A stretch of 64,000 nt of DNA, taken from assembly GCA_951406725.2 (NCBI GenBank), contig OX597816.1:97898001-97962000 (forward strand), read 5' to 3'. The first letter of the stretch is position 1, and the number at the start of each line of letters is the position of its first letter. Origin of the DNA: Octopus vulgaris. Lineage: Eukaryota. This document shows positions 13,679-27,435 of the stretch, piece by piece. A program made the translations under genes and the position numbers. Under the pieces are notes generated by a model. The model ran no database searches and had not been told where the DNA came from. It saw only the letters and a program-made list of their open reading frames with translations.

Positions 13679-13751
<73 letters not shown>

Positions 13752-14521
13752 AGAGAGAGAGAGCAGGAGACAGAAATAAAGAGAGAAAGAGATTGAAAAA
13801 GTTAAAACGATGTACAGATTTTATGAATAAACCAAAAAGCGATAGTCAGAATTTTGGATAATTATTTAATTACCGTTATTATGTCGTTTGAGGGATTCCT
13901 CATTAATGATTTTTTCTAGAAAATTAGTACTTGTTTTATAAATAGGAGTGAATTAAAATAACCTGGAGGAAAATTGGGAAGACAATGTACTGTGTTATTT
14001 TGAATGTATATATGTAAGTGTATCTATCTCTATGTGCGTATATATGCGTGTGTGGGGCAATTTTTGAAGGCTTGGTTGAATGAAGAAAAATCTTAGAAAA
14101 ACTGAAGGAACGACAGGAAGAAAAGAAAGAAAAAAGATTCAAATAAGAAAAAGGGATGAAAGGTGTGGATGGTTGATATTGCATTGAATATTTTTGGCCA
14201 GTTGTCATACTACCCAGACCGTGTGGTCGAAATTAATGATTGTTCAAGAACCTTTTGATAAAAGGTAGAACCTTTTGATAAAAGGCAGTTCCACTGCCTT
14301 CCAGTATATTGAATGATCCCTTGAGCACTTCTTGGAGTAAACATCTTATATCTGCTACTTCCACATATTTCCAGAATCCACTGAGCGGAAACGTGTGGAA
14401 TTAGTTTTGTCTGGCGTATTTTCTTTTACTTTCCTTGTTCTATTTTTGTTTTTCTTTTGTCTTCCTCTTCATCTAAAAATTCACAAAACACACACACATA
14501 TATGCATTTACATATATACAT

Positions 14522-14556
<35 letters not shown>

Positions 14557-16245
14557 TACGCACATCTAGATTCAAAATGAAGATTCTTTTCTGAATCCTC
14601 TCCACGAGTTTTGAAGTAACTCACTTTCCTTTAAAAGGTATAAATTCACTGTACAAAAATCATTCATGATGAATTTCTCAAAAAACGTGAAATTGCTAAA
14701 TAAATAATTATCCAAAAGTCTTACTACCTATATGTATATTTTAGTATTTTAAACAGATTCAAGAATAACAACAGAACATCGTCTAAAAATAGCGCTGACC
14801 CACTCCTAAGCATAGACTCATATTCATTTGTAAATTCGCTTTGGCTGAGACTTTGAGATTTATCTAAAATTTGAGTAGAGGATTTCCTCTCACAGCACAA
14901 GTTTTTCTCTGCATTCTAATAATTTGTTTAGGGTCTTGTTACTGAAAACACTCAAAGAAATATTTATCCAGAAATATTTATGACAATGCAATTTTCCCTG
15001 CTTTATGGATGTTTTGAATGTTGTGGACAGAGGATTTTTAAGAGCACAAGTTCTGAAAGTTCATCCTGTTCGTGTACCTATATTTTTTACAAGGGAAAGT
15101 GTGAAAAGTTTGGTCGTGTGAAAAGTTTAATTCCGTGATGCGTCCAGCTCACAATAGCAATGATTACCGTCAGTTCTTCCAATCACTACTGGGTGAATGA
15201 ACGTAGACAATCCTCTATATTACGTCATGGAATATAATTGATATTTTCACCACCTCTAATTAGAATTCATACACAGAAATTTAGGCGCATTGGGTGTCCT
15301 TGTATTCAGAGATAAACCTCTCTAAGCATCCAGTAGCTGGAATAAATTATCTATGTTGCGATCATTTATCTTTCATAGAATTAGCATATTTTATGTTGCT
15401 CTAAAGTGTTTCTATAGAAAAAATACTACTCACAATAGAATCATTTTTGTAAAGATACGCAAACTATTCCGTTTTCTGCGTCCATGTTGCAATGCGCTAG
15501 AAACCTGATATAGTTTTAAATGAATATTTTCCGAACTTGACTTAATTCAGCTTTTCAATATTCTAAATTAATAACGCTCCATTTTCGTGTCATAAAAATT
15601 ATTGACTGCCTTTGAAGCTTTACTTTAATCAGTAGAGTGTCTAGGAGTGGTTGTTCAGCATCCAGTAATCTATCCGTAATCCATTTCAAATAATTCTGAG
15701 ACAAATCTATTTTCTTGTTTCAGGAGGAATATAAGGAAACTATTGTAACAATTACAGAAATAAGGTTAGGTTAGTATTGGGAGAGAAACATAAACAATTC
15801 ATATATGAAAAACAGGTTGTTGCTACATTCTTATGTAAAATTAGTTACGGAAACTCATCTAGTGCAGTGCCTCATGGCCTAAATTAAGAATTATACATTT
15901 ACTGCATATAATAGCTTTTGCAAAACAATCTGGGTGCAGTGTATATGTGTTTATGGGTTAGGGTGTTTTACTGTCATTTGATATCATAGTATAATTAAGT
16001 AAATGTCTGTGTATTGTAAAAATGAGCAAGACAAATGAAAATATACGAAATAAAAAACGATTACCTACGTGCCAATTGTTTCTTCAATCGGATCAACTTG
16101 AACCCTTGTCGTCATACAAAGGTTCGAGTGGATTCGATTATCGGAGTACCATCTACTGTATACACATGTACTGTATACACATATACGCACATGCAGATGG
16201 GAATTGACTCAAAATTCGCGCATACATTTAATACATTTGTATGTA

Positions 16246-17495
16246 TCAGGTTGAGTGAGAAGTAAGCCACGTTTGGAATCATGAAGAATTTGTACCGGAT
16301 TTTTTGCAGAGTTTTGAATTTTTTTAAACGTTGTTTTTGCAATTGTCTTGTTATACAGACATTGCCTCGCACAAACGTATCCATAAATTAACATTGATAT
16401 TTGCTTCACCGTCATTACAATCATCTAAAATGGAACTGTCATAGCGCGCTATGTTTTCCTTTTCAACTTTAGATGTAATGCAGTTGAAACTGCTTGCGAT
16501 ATCAACGAAACATTTGGTAAGAAAATGACGAGTGAGTGGTCAGCTCGAAAAAGTTTTAAACGATTTCGCAGGAGAGACCTGAGTCTTGAAGATCGTGAGC
16601 GTATCGGACGCCCAGCTGGCATCGATAACGGTTAATTAAATACCACTCGAGAACTGGGAAAAGAAATACAAGTGAGATAGAAAACTGTCTGCGACCATTT
16701 GCATGCGATTGGAAAATCAGAAAAGCTCGAGAAATGGGTACCACACGATTTGAATTACGATCAGAAAAATACGCTATGAAATTTGCTCGTCGCTTATTCT
16801 CCATTACCAGAACGATTCATTTCTCGACCGTACTATAACTTGCGATGGAAAGTGGATTCCGTACGATAATAAGAAAACGTTCTTCACAATGGTTGAACCA
16901 AAATGAAACGCCGAAAATCTTCCCTGAATCCGAGCTCTTCAAAAGAAAGGTTATGGTGACTTGTCGTATACAGCTGGATTCATCCACTATAACTTCTTAA
17001 ACCCCGCAAAATACATTATTGCGGAAACATATTGCCATATAACTGCCAAAATGAACGAAAAACTGCTACTTCTCGGTCCCAGACTTGTCATCAGAAGAGG
17101 ACTAATCAGTCTTCATGAAAATGCTTGACCACGCATTTCACTAATGACGCTCCAGAAGTAAAGGGAACTTGGGTACGATATTATTCCTCACCGAGCTTAT
17201 CCCCCAGACCTTTCTCCTACGGACTACCACTTTTTCAAACACATTGAGGGTTTCCGGCGAGAGCAGGAATTCAGAAATCAAAAAGATGTTAAAGGTGCAT
17301 TCAAAGAGTTCATAGCTTCAGAGCTCCAGATTTTTATGTTACGTGAATATAGAGACTTATAACTTGATGGTAAAAATGTATTGATTATAATGGTACTTAC
17401 TTTGATGAATACAATGAATACAATTTCCGCCCTGTTGAAATATATTGTGAGGAATTTCGTGTTTCAAAAAATTGCTTACTTTTTACTCAACCTGA
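16246..17495 (+). mobile_element. Full-length (1.25 kb) decayed mariner transposon with TA target-site duplication
   Basis: TIRs tcaggttgagtgagaagtaagc / gcttactttttactcaacctga, TA on both sides; motifs WVPH, ITCDGKWIPYDN, LHENA*P, HRAYPPDLSPTDYHFF. Confidence 0.92.
16428..17385 (+). pseudogene. Mariner (DD34D-type) transposase pseudogene
   Basis: Conserved motifs above, interrupted by stops and frameshifts. Confidence 0.85.
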
Positions 17496-20400
17496 TACTT
17501 AATGCTAGAGCAAATTTTGAGCCAAGCTATCTAAGAGTGCATGTATGTTTCAATGTGTATGTGGCTGTGTGTGTGTATCCCCAATACTCAACAGGAATAA
17601 ACGAGCATGGCGCTCAGATATTGATTATGTGATTGTAACTTGGACGATTCTCGCTTGATCTCTTATTTAAAAAAAAAATGTAAGACAAATTTTAAAAAGT
17701 GGTTTAGAAGAAACGCAACTGCGAGTATAGTGGAGAAGTCACATAACCCTACATGACATAGAATGAAACTTATTAGATCAAGAAGAGACTGAAGTGTGTA
17801 GATATTATACTTAATATACTATGAATGTTATGTTATATATCTATATATGCATAAGCATTTATTGCACATGGGTGCATGCGTGAATCTATATACGCATGTG
17901 GTTGTTTAAAATTGTTATTTACGCAGTTATTTTTATTATTATTAAAATGTATATTTAAAGATACGGGTTTTTTGAAAAGAATATGTATTTAGGATATGTA
18001 TCTTAGATTTGAGCGGGTACATATTTGCAGAAAATTCAAGCTTATGGAAAACAGATGAAAATATTTTGGTATCTGCCATGCAGAGAACCTTAATTTTATT
18101 TCATAATGAAACATACGCTCAAACAAAGCAACTGAGTCAATTTCTGCTTGTTGTAAACGAGTGTAAACTTTATCCATTGAGAATTTCAAAGATGTTTCCT
18201 CAAGCTTAAACGACATGTTTTAAATATTTTCCCACCAGCCAGCGTGTAGTATGTCACCAAAGAGGAGTTTGGATTACACACCTGCCTGAGCTTAACTCGG
18301 GCTGTGTATCTCCCAGCCCTAGCTTTTGGCATGGTATTTTTTTACTTTGTATTTTCTTTCAATTCATGCATGCTCCACAGTGTCATGGCTTATTGTGTTC
18401 CACGACAACCTGTAAATCAAGGCCATTGAAGTCGAAGTCACTTGAGATATATTCTTGATGAACTGGCTGAACGAAAAGAAGAAACAGTGTTTAATCAACT
18501 CTTCGACCATAGTGTTCAACTCATAGACCTACACTCCCAAACTTTCACGGAAAATATAGAGATGCACACATCCATCCAAACAAACAAACAAACAAATACA
18601 TATACTTTCGTGTATTTTGGACGTACGTATGTAAGTGCATATAATGCAAGCAACGTACAGTCACGTATTGTGTCCGTTAGATTTAATGATACTTGTTTAA
18701 TACAATATTAACTCTATATAAACATTTGGTACATTAATTTACAACATAATTAGCACCTATGCTGCTCAATTACCATCTTCTTTCCTTCGTCTAATTACTG
18801 AAATTATATACAAAATTTGAAAAGCGCATAATTAAATTTTCTCTCATTAGATTAATGAAACGTAGATTCTTTGTTTATATTTTTCGCTCTTTCAGCTAAT
18901 TGGTATGTGTTTAGGTAAGATTAATTAATATCAATTTGAATTAAAATAACTCAGTTATCTGTACAGCATTGAAAATCTTGTTAAACGTATCTGATAACTT
19001 ACTGGTGCGAATAGCGTCGGATATTTAGACGTAGACTTGTAGTTAGTCAAGGACATTATGCGATTTATATTGTCTATTATTTCTATAAAAAAAGAAGGAA
19101 ATGTTCACCATATTAATTTAAAAACAATACTTCAGTATCTCACATACCCAATACGTTTCTGGTGATTATTGTGTCCTAGGTTGCCGCAATATTTTCTTCC
19201 CGAGATACTGAGCGCCACTAAATGTAAAGAAATTCCTCTTTGTGATAACGAATTTGAGCACTGTAAAAGAGCATTTAAATCGGCGCTTAGTCGCCAACTG
19301 TAGATACGACATTAATATTTAACGCATTTTTTTCGGTGTCTTCTGCTTTTCGCTTAAGACATTCCTATTGCTTACATGACCATTCATTTGCACTTAAACA
19401 ATATATACTAGCAGTAATTTACACCATTTTCACATACGAAAATAGCTCTTAAGCTCGTCTAAAAGTTATCTTGAAACTTACTACTATGTTGGTCGGTTGG
19501 ACTTAAATTTATGCAATAAAATTCAAACTTTCTGCCGACAGGACGATTTCAGCTTTAGATAGGAAACATATTTTCTCTCCATAACGCAAAAGTATATGAG
19601 GATGAGGCGTTTACATTGCACAATCTTGTCCTAGAATATTAACAGTGCTTGAAAAGTATGCATGGCCTACCTGTTTCTCTCCTATCTCTGCGTTTGAAGA
19701 TAATTAGTATAATGATTATTTACGCACATCTCACAATATAAAGTGTTAATTCCACTCAATGTATGCAGGTCCTCAGGTTATTTTGTGTAATTCTATATTT
19801 TCAAATGCAATTAATTCTCTGTTTAAAGTAGTATTAGTTTTTAAAAATAACATTAAAGCTTAAAAATAGAAATAAAACTAAACATCAAAACAACTATCAC
19901 TAGTGTCTGAACCAACATTTTATTTTTCATTTCGTTTAACCTTGATCCACAACTTCTTTCTGCAAAATAATTTTATTTTGCATTGCTTTATATTCTTTAA
20001 TTGCTTTATTGATTTCCATTTTCGACATATGCAGTATATTCTCCCATCAAATAGCATCCATTGGCAAATAATTAACTTGAGCTTTAAAATGAAATTAGCT
20101 AGTTAAGGCTAGCAACGCTTGTATGCGGCCTGGCGTATTTTCTTTAATTAAACTCCTGACGCCATCTCGTCTGAATGTTTGGTAAACATCTTCGGTGCCT
20201 TTATAGAAGAAGTCCTTATTTGAAAGTCGGTATACACTATATCAGTTACAATTCCTATGTAACAAAGTTTTGCTAATTTACGCTTCGTTTTCACGAATGT
20301 TTACCTATGGAATTACTGGAAAATGCTTGTTTACATACTATACTACCTCCGATTCTATATTTGAAACACTTTAGTAGCAATATATTGAAAAAAAAAAACA

Positions 20401-21483
20401 AAAAGAAACAACAGTAGCCTATTTCTATATATGCAATTGCTAACAGAGAAATAGTTATTAAATCTATTCAACCATAACTGATCGGGATTATACGGAAGAT
20501 AGAGTGAAGTACATAATGAATGAATCAAATAAGGTTTAAGCGAAAAATTTTATCTGATAAGGCAGGTGCCTCAAAATAAATGTAAAGAGAAAAAAATAGC
20601 CAATTGTTGTGACTATAACAACTGAAAGAGATATTCGAATGTATCAGTGGACAGGTATGGCTGTTAGATACTCCAGATATCCAGGCAATTATTACATTCA
20701 ACGAGGTTTGTAAGCTTTTCCAGACTCTGTCGTTATTTGTTAGTGCATAAATTCGCTTAGCGTTTAGAAATTCTATCACTAAAGAAAGAATGAATAAGGG
20801 AAGAGTAAATAGCAGAGTTGCTCTATTGCAGGAAGATGCTGCTGCTAATGCAGACGTCATTGACAATCTTAACTATGAGGGAGATGGTAGCATTGGAATG
20901 GTTCGCATCTCTAGGCGGAAACTGAGGTCAGAATGCAAAAAGATCAAACAGTTGCCTAAAATCATCTTAACAGAAGCGCTAACAATTCCACAAATATGAG
21001 GATGGGTAAACAAGCGCTTAAGCACACACACACATACACATACACACACACACTCGTGCACACATTCACCCAACACACACAGTCCCACACAGACAATTGA
21101 TTGCGCAGAAGCTCACATAGTGATCCCCTTACACAGAATGATGTCTTTTTAATTATTGAGATACTGGGTGGTTGGGAATTTTCTTTATACTGTAATGTCG
21201 AGTAAAATTTAGAACTATGAATGAAAAGGTCAAGTCATTTAAATGTGGTAGAAGTATATCTATTACTTTTTTCTGTCATTAGATTCCGGGAACGTTGGGG
21301 CACTGCATCGATCCCATTATATATTACTCTTTGTAAAGCCTAGTACTACCGGTCTCTTTCCCGAACCGCTAAGTTACGTGAAAGTTAACACACCAACACC
21401 GGTTATGAAGCGGTAGTGGGTGACAAAGATATATATATATGCCTATTTATGTTTATATGTACGTATGCATCCTGCTATTAATA

Positions 21484-21539
21484 CACACATACACATACAT
21501 ACATACACACACGGACACACACAAACACAGACACACACG

Positions 21540-21616
<77 letters not shown>
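21484..21616. repeat. (CA)n/(TA)n microsatellite
   Basis: Direct inspection. Confidence 0.95.
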
Positions 21617-21750
21617 TGAGGGCATTACAATACACGAATGCCACACGCTAGGATGGACTCTTAAAGTCAAAACCACCAAAATAAATAAACACAGTACCGA
21701 ATACGGGGGAATGCAACTCTCGAAGCGAGCCTCTTAAAAATAGAATTCAG

Positions 21751-21809
21751 CTGCTTATCATATGGCTTCATAATTAGTGCACAAATGCACTTTTTAATCT
21801 TCAGTGCAA
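21751..21809 (-). ncRNA. Hammerhead ribozyme motif, degenerate copy
   Basis: ttgca CTGAAGA ttaaaa AGTGCA tttg TGCACT aattat GAAG ccatatga TA agcag; GAAA changed to GAAG. Confidence 0.6.
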
Positions 21810-22232
21810 GCATAATTCAAGATTTATCACAAATGAACAAAAATCAACATACCAGACGAACATCCAATGTATCCAGCGTAGCATATAGAATTGTTCACCC
21901 TTTATACAGCTATGTAAAAGGCGGGCTTTTTCGAATTGCATCTCTGTACAACGTGTTTATTCGGAATAAAATTCAACACTGAATATACTCCAGTTAAATT
22001 TACAATTTAAAAATAGGATAAAATCACTATAAGAATTTATCAAATAGTTAGCGTTGGAAGCGTCATAAGGGAAAAATCCATCAATTTTTCTCTTAAATAA
22101 ATATTTACTTATATTGAGGGCATTACTATACATCAATACCACACGCTAGGAGGGACTCTTACAGTCAAAACTACCAAAATAACTAAACACATTACACCGA
22201 ATACGAGGGACTGCAACTCTCAGTGCATTCAG

Positions 22233-22291
22233 TTGCATATCATATGATTTCCTAATTAGTGCACAAATGCACTTTTTAATCTTCAGTGCAA
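22233..22291 (-). ncRNA. Intact-looking minimal type I hammerhead ribozyme
   Basis: TTGCA CTGAAGA TTAAaaAGTGCA tttg TGCACTaaTTAG GAAA TCATATGA TA TGCAA: stems I and II pair, stem III palindromic, core intact, AUA site. Confidence 0.82.
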
Positions 22292-22424
22292 GCATATAAC
22301 ACGTTATAAAATCTATCTGACTACGTGCCTTAATGGCAAGAAAAAAATAGCAGCACTTGTTTTTAATACAGTATATGTTAATATACATATATCGTTTATT
22401 ATTTACTTCATTCACACATTTTTA

Positions 22425-22593
22425 ACGGCGGTCAAGTTGGGGCGCCACCTTGATGGGTTTTAATGGAGCAAATCGAGCTAAATCATATCTTAAAATCCCG
22501 GTATTATCGCTGTATTTTCGCGAACCGTTCATATAACGTTAATATACGTGGGGTACAAACACGGACACAAAGACACACACACGTAGATATGTA

Positions 22594-22634
<41 letters not shown>

Positions 22635-22825
22635 ACACACACACTTACACACAGAATCATATATATATACGAGGAGCTACTTTCAGTTTCCATCTACAAA
22701 ATCTACTCCCAGGGCTGTTGTCCTCCCGAGGCTATAGTACAAGACACTTGACCAAGGTGCCACATAGAAGGACTAAACCCGGAACCATGCGATTTCGAAG
22801 CACGCTTCTTATCACACAGCCATGT
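22425..22825 (-). mobile_element. tRNA-derived SINE (family C) with internal CA tract
   Basis: tttcagtttcc.tctac..aatc...gaggctatagta.aagacacttg.ccaaggtgccac...ggactaaacccggaacc shared with 63270-63545; minus strand has B-box-like ggttccgggtttagtcc. Confidence 0.75.
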
Positions 22826-22959
22826 CTGTCAAAGTGATTTCGCAACCAGCGATATGTATATGTACACACACACACGCACGCACATATATGTAATTATATA
22901 TATATATACACACACACATCCACATATATATGTACGTCTGTCTGTATACATATATATGT

Positions 22960-23253
22960 ATATAACAATTTAGGAGTGACCTTAACAGGCCATTCGTCCA
23001 CCAGAAAGAGCAGCCATAACTCACACCGCCAAGTAGTAGTAATTCAGAAATTAGGTGACAATTTAAAAACATTTACCCTAATTCATCTTTTAGACTATGC
23101 ATCGTTTCTGTGTTATTGGACGAATGGCCTGTTAAGGTCACTCCTAAATTGTTATATTTTTATATATTTAGTCTTTGACTATTTTCTCTTTTCCACTAGG
23201 CCGCTGGTAGCGATAAATTTCTATTGAATTTTTTGCTACCCTAAATTGACTAA
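22960..23253 (+). mobile_element. Short fold-back insertion (41-bp perfect arms, 116-bp spacer, ~95-bp tail) in a TA-rich tract; probable PLE 3'-end relic
   Basis: Arms 22960-23000 and 23117-23157 are exact reverse complements; followed by a tail and (TA)n. Confidence 0.6.
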
Positions 23254-23286
23254 CATATATATGTATATATATATATGTATATATAC

Positions 23287-23330
<44 letters not shown>

Positions 23331-23364
23331 GTATGTTTGGATTAACTTTATATACATACATATA

Positions 23365-23400
<36 letters not shown>

Positions 23401-24999
23401 CACATATATAAACAGATAAATAGGCAGAGTGATTTATATATACATTTTGTTTTGACAGAGAGAGGGAGAGAGAGAAAGAGAGAGAGAAAGAGGAAAACAA
23501 GTACATAGATAGATAGATGGATATTCATACTTACATGCTTACACGCACATACACTAAGATGATATGTCTCTTCATCTCATCATTTCTGCCTTTCTGGTCG
23601 AATAATATATAAAGTTCATTTTCTCTCTCTTGAAGCGATGAAGGCCAGCCTTTTTAGGCATCAGCAACGTTTCAGTGAACGTAGAATATAATATATATTC
23701 TGAAGCATTTAAAGAGAGATTTGCTTGTAAATCTGCTATATTTCACACATTTCTTCTTTTTTTTTGTGGTTTATTTTTAAGGAATACACCTCTTGAAACT
23801 AATCTGTCCGTTGCTTTTGATTGAATTTACGATGGAATTTGCTGTACATTTGTATTGAGCAGTCTACTTTATATAATTGATTCTTTTTCCATCACAAAAG
23901 GAAATTTTTGTCTGAATGTAAATAAAGAAACATAATCAACTTCATGGAAACTATGTGAATTTATTTTTCATAGTAGAATAAGCGATTTGCAGAACCGTTC
24001 TTCCTGATACATATTTGAAATATTTCTGTATCGCTTATGGGGCCAATAATTTAGATTTAATGAGAAATCCTTATAATTAGGCAATAATTCTACATATCTA
24101 ATAAGAAAATGTGTATGTATCTAGAAGAATTAATGAATATCAAGGGAACTGGCATTATGACACCCTCATATAGATGAGTAATCAAAATTGTAGTCTGGAT
24201 CACCGAGAGAAATAATGTTACCTCCAACAGCATATAATAAAATGTCTAGGGAATGAATGGCTTATACTGTTTAATCATCTTATTTGAAGTTAAATTCAGA
24301 AACAGAACATATTCGAGAGTACATGGATGGGAGTTATTGGTTAGCTCATCGTATACAAGTAGATAAATAATTACTATATGCATATGTGAGGGAATAATTG
24401 GTGAACAACATTAATCGTTTAACTCAACTATGATGCATTGTACCATACGTATGTATAAAGTAGAAGTAGTATATTAATAATTAAGTATTATTTAAGCTCA
24501 TTTCTTTTACTCATTCCGTCGCTTTTTCCACATTATACAAATGATGCCGACAGAAATCACTATCTATCTTATCGGGTTCTGTTTTATCAAAACTGTATAA
24601 ATTATTCATTACTTTTAGATTAAATTTCAGGGAAAATATCAGAGGAAATAATATAGTAGCTTTAAGTTTGCTATTACATGACTGCATTTAATTAACCTAC
24701 TGAGTTAAGGGAATTTCATTTTAGTATGATGGAACAATATTGTATTTATGATTTACCGTTATTTCTATTTTTTCGTCATACTTTCAAATATTTTGCACTG
24801 TATTATTGTGTTTTTACTGAAGAAACTATATTTAGAATTTTAAATGCGTAGGAGATTAAATTGCCTGTAGTAAATATACAGTTACACCCATCGATACGGA
24901 TAAGACAGCTGTAATCTCACAAATAGAGGTTTGTTTTCATTCTGGCATGGAGGACTAAGTTTTACTTTCACTTTCCTCAATATAATAATGCATTATATA

Positions 25000-26174
25000 T
25001 GAAGGTGGGCTGAAAATTCATAGGCTGGTTATTAAGGAGTGGCGCTAGAACTGAAATCTTGCAGGCATTATATTCAACCGCTTTTATTAACTACATTGTT
25101 TCTTTCCTCCCAAAAGAGACCGGGCTGTTCAAAGAAGACCCCAAGAGAGACTAGTAGTTACTTCCCTTGAAATTGGACAAAATTTGGCATCATGATTTGG
25201 CATCAAGTACCTGCAGATAAAGGTTTAGCCCCAAGGACATTCATGATGACATGGTTGCTACATTAGGGGACGACGCTCCAGCCTTATCAAGTGTGTAAAT
25301 GAGGCAGCTGAATTTAGGAGAGGAAAGGAAAGTTCAAATATTTGGTCATCCCGCAAATGACATCACCAAGGAATACATTGATAGTGTTCGCTACACAGTG
25401 ATAACTGACAGGCGATTCGCCATAAATCCAATTGCCAATGCTATTAGCATATTCCACGAGTTGCGAAGTTTCTGCACAATGAACTTGACATGACAAAATT
25501 TCTGCTCGATGGTCGCCGCGTATTTTGACACCAGAACAAAAGCGCACCAGGATCCTCACACCACACGAACATCTGACTCTTTTTCAGCTTGATCCAGCTT
25601 ATTTCCTCGAAAATTTCCTAAGCCAGGATGACTGTTGGCTTCCCAGCTCTCTTCACCTACTCCAAAGAAGAAGGCCAAGAAATTTCGTGGAGAGACGTTT
25701 GAGATGTAATAGCTATCGTGTTTATCGACTAACTTTAAAAGGGCCACACCATCAACAGAGAGTACTATACCAACTTGCTGAGGTACTACGAAATATTATC
25801 AAGATCGAAAACACCCAGGAAAACTGAGTAAAGGAAACTTGATTCATTTGATCAATGCTCCAGCACACAAGTTCTTTGTTTTAGTTGCTACAGTGATTGG
25901 TCGTGGCTTTGCACTTGTTGAACACGTCACTATTCCACTGCTTTGGCCTAATATGACAATCATCTGTTACTCAACATAAAAACTACTTGGCTAGGAACCA
26001 TTATCTCACTTGTAATGATATCATATCTTATGTTGATGACATTTTTGACCAAGATGATGGAGGCCTCTTCACGAATGGAATCCAATCATTGCAAAACGTT
26101 TGAAAATATACCTCATTTGGTCATATTCCATGAGAATATCTTGGTTAGCTTATGTGCTTTTCAGATGACTTTTG
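25000..26174 (+). mobile_element. Decayed mariner transposon (second family)
   Basis: Degenerate TIRs tgaaggtgggctgaaaattcataggctgg / ttagcttatgtgctttt cagatgactttt; motifs IKYL..GLAPKDIH.DMVATLGDDAP, SARWSPRILTPEQKR, FLSQDDCW, NAPAH. Confidence 0.85.
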
Positions 26175-27221
26175 CAGTCGTCGCGTTTTTTTAATATGAT
26201 GTAATTGATAATAATGCTGTAAATTGTCGGTTGTCGAACATATGACGCGACAAGAGAGGTTATGTTACTAATATCCTATATACCAAGCTCGGTGCTGTTA
26301 TGAAATATATAAGAGTATGGGGTGTTTCGAAATAGGTTGTTCAAAGTGAATATTCCACTGGCTCTGTTTAGATAAAAGATTCTAATGTGAGTTTATATTT
26401 TTTTCACTTTTAAAGTAGTACAATGTAATGATGTTAAGATGGACATAACAGAAAGGTGTATTCTTTGGGCTTGTCAATCCTGCGTTGCATCTTGATTAAA
26501 GCAATATTTGCATTTATACGTTGAATTTAGACTCAATGTTAGAAATTTAAAGTGGACACAAAACTGTGAGGATTGCTTCATTTTCTTATGACAGAATCAT
26601 TAATTTTTCATTAGATTATTTTGGATAAAGACTCTATGGCCAAAAACGTTAGAGACCGTCAAGGCCCTGGAAGTGTTATGTAGTTGATGTTGATCTTCAA
26701 CGCTTAATAGTTGAGTGACCATGGAAATAATATGTAACGGATAAAATATCATAGGGTCGATTTAATGTAAACAAAATATTATCAGTTGGAATCAAATATT
26801 ATCTACCAGAATTTGTTCATGAAGAAACAGCTAGTACTATATGTAACTTAGTAATTTTAGATATTATAGTATGAGCAAAAATTGTAATGTTATGGGTATT
26901 TGAATTGTTTATCAATATACTAAAGTAATGAGCGTTAAGAAAATATAACGCCATGTACATATTTATCATATGTAAATATTACAGTATGTAATACTAACTG
27001 CGCTGTTGTGAATATATAGTCGATAATTCATTGGTGATGATCTTTACTATGATGATGAAAACGAGACTCAACTTTGGCGGGATGTGAACTTTACAAGACT
27101 GTGAAAACTCAATGCAGCAAGGTATGTTGTTGTAAGAGATAACAGTTCTTATTGTCCATCTAAAAGCTGGTTTAAATCCAGTGATTTAGTATGTCTATCA
27201 TTCATTATTACACACATATCA

Positions 27222-27435
27222 AGCAGTAAGCTGGCAGAATCATTGGCGCGCTAGGCAAAATGCTTACCAACATTTTGTCCGTCTTCACGTCCCGAGTTCA
27301 AATTCCACAGAGGGCGATCTTGCCTTTCACCCTTCCGGAATAGATAAAATAAATTACCATTTGAACACTGGAGTCAATTTAATCGACTTACCCCTCCCCA
27401 GAAATTGCTGGCCTTGAGCCAAAATTTGAAATGCT
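27222..27435 (+). mobile_element. SINE-like repeat family A
   Basis: aagctggcagaatc...gagttcaaattcc...ttgcctttcaccctt...aatcgacttacccctcccc...aaatttgaaa. Confidence 0.8.

Larger units (their letters stand above)
21613..22299 (-). mobile_element. Tandem direct repeat (~200-bp units) with a hammerhead in each unit; non-autonomous PLE or retrozyme-like relic
   Basis: 21613-21815 and 22111-22299 are diverged direct repeats; adjoins a (TA)n tract. Confidence 0.7.

Noticed and set aside
20790-20999. ORF with a ttgcag acceptor-like site
   Set aside because: Short, no recognisable homology, weak donor
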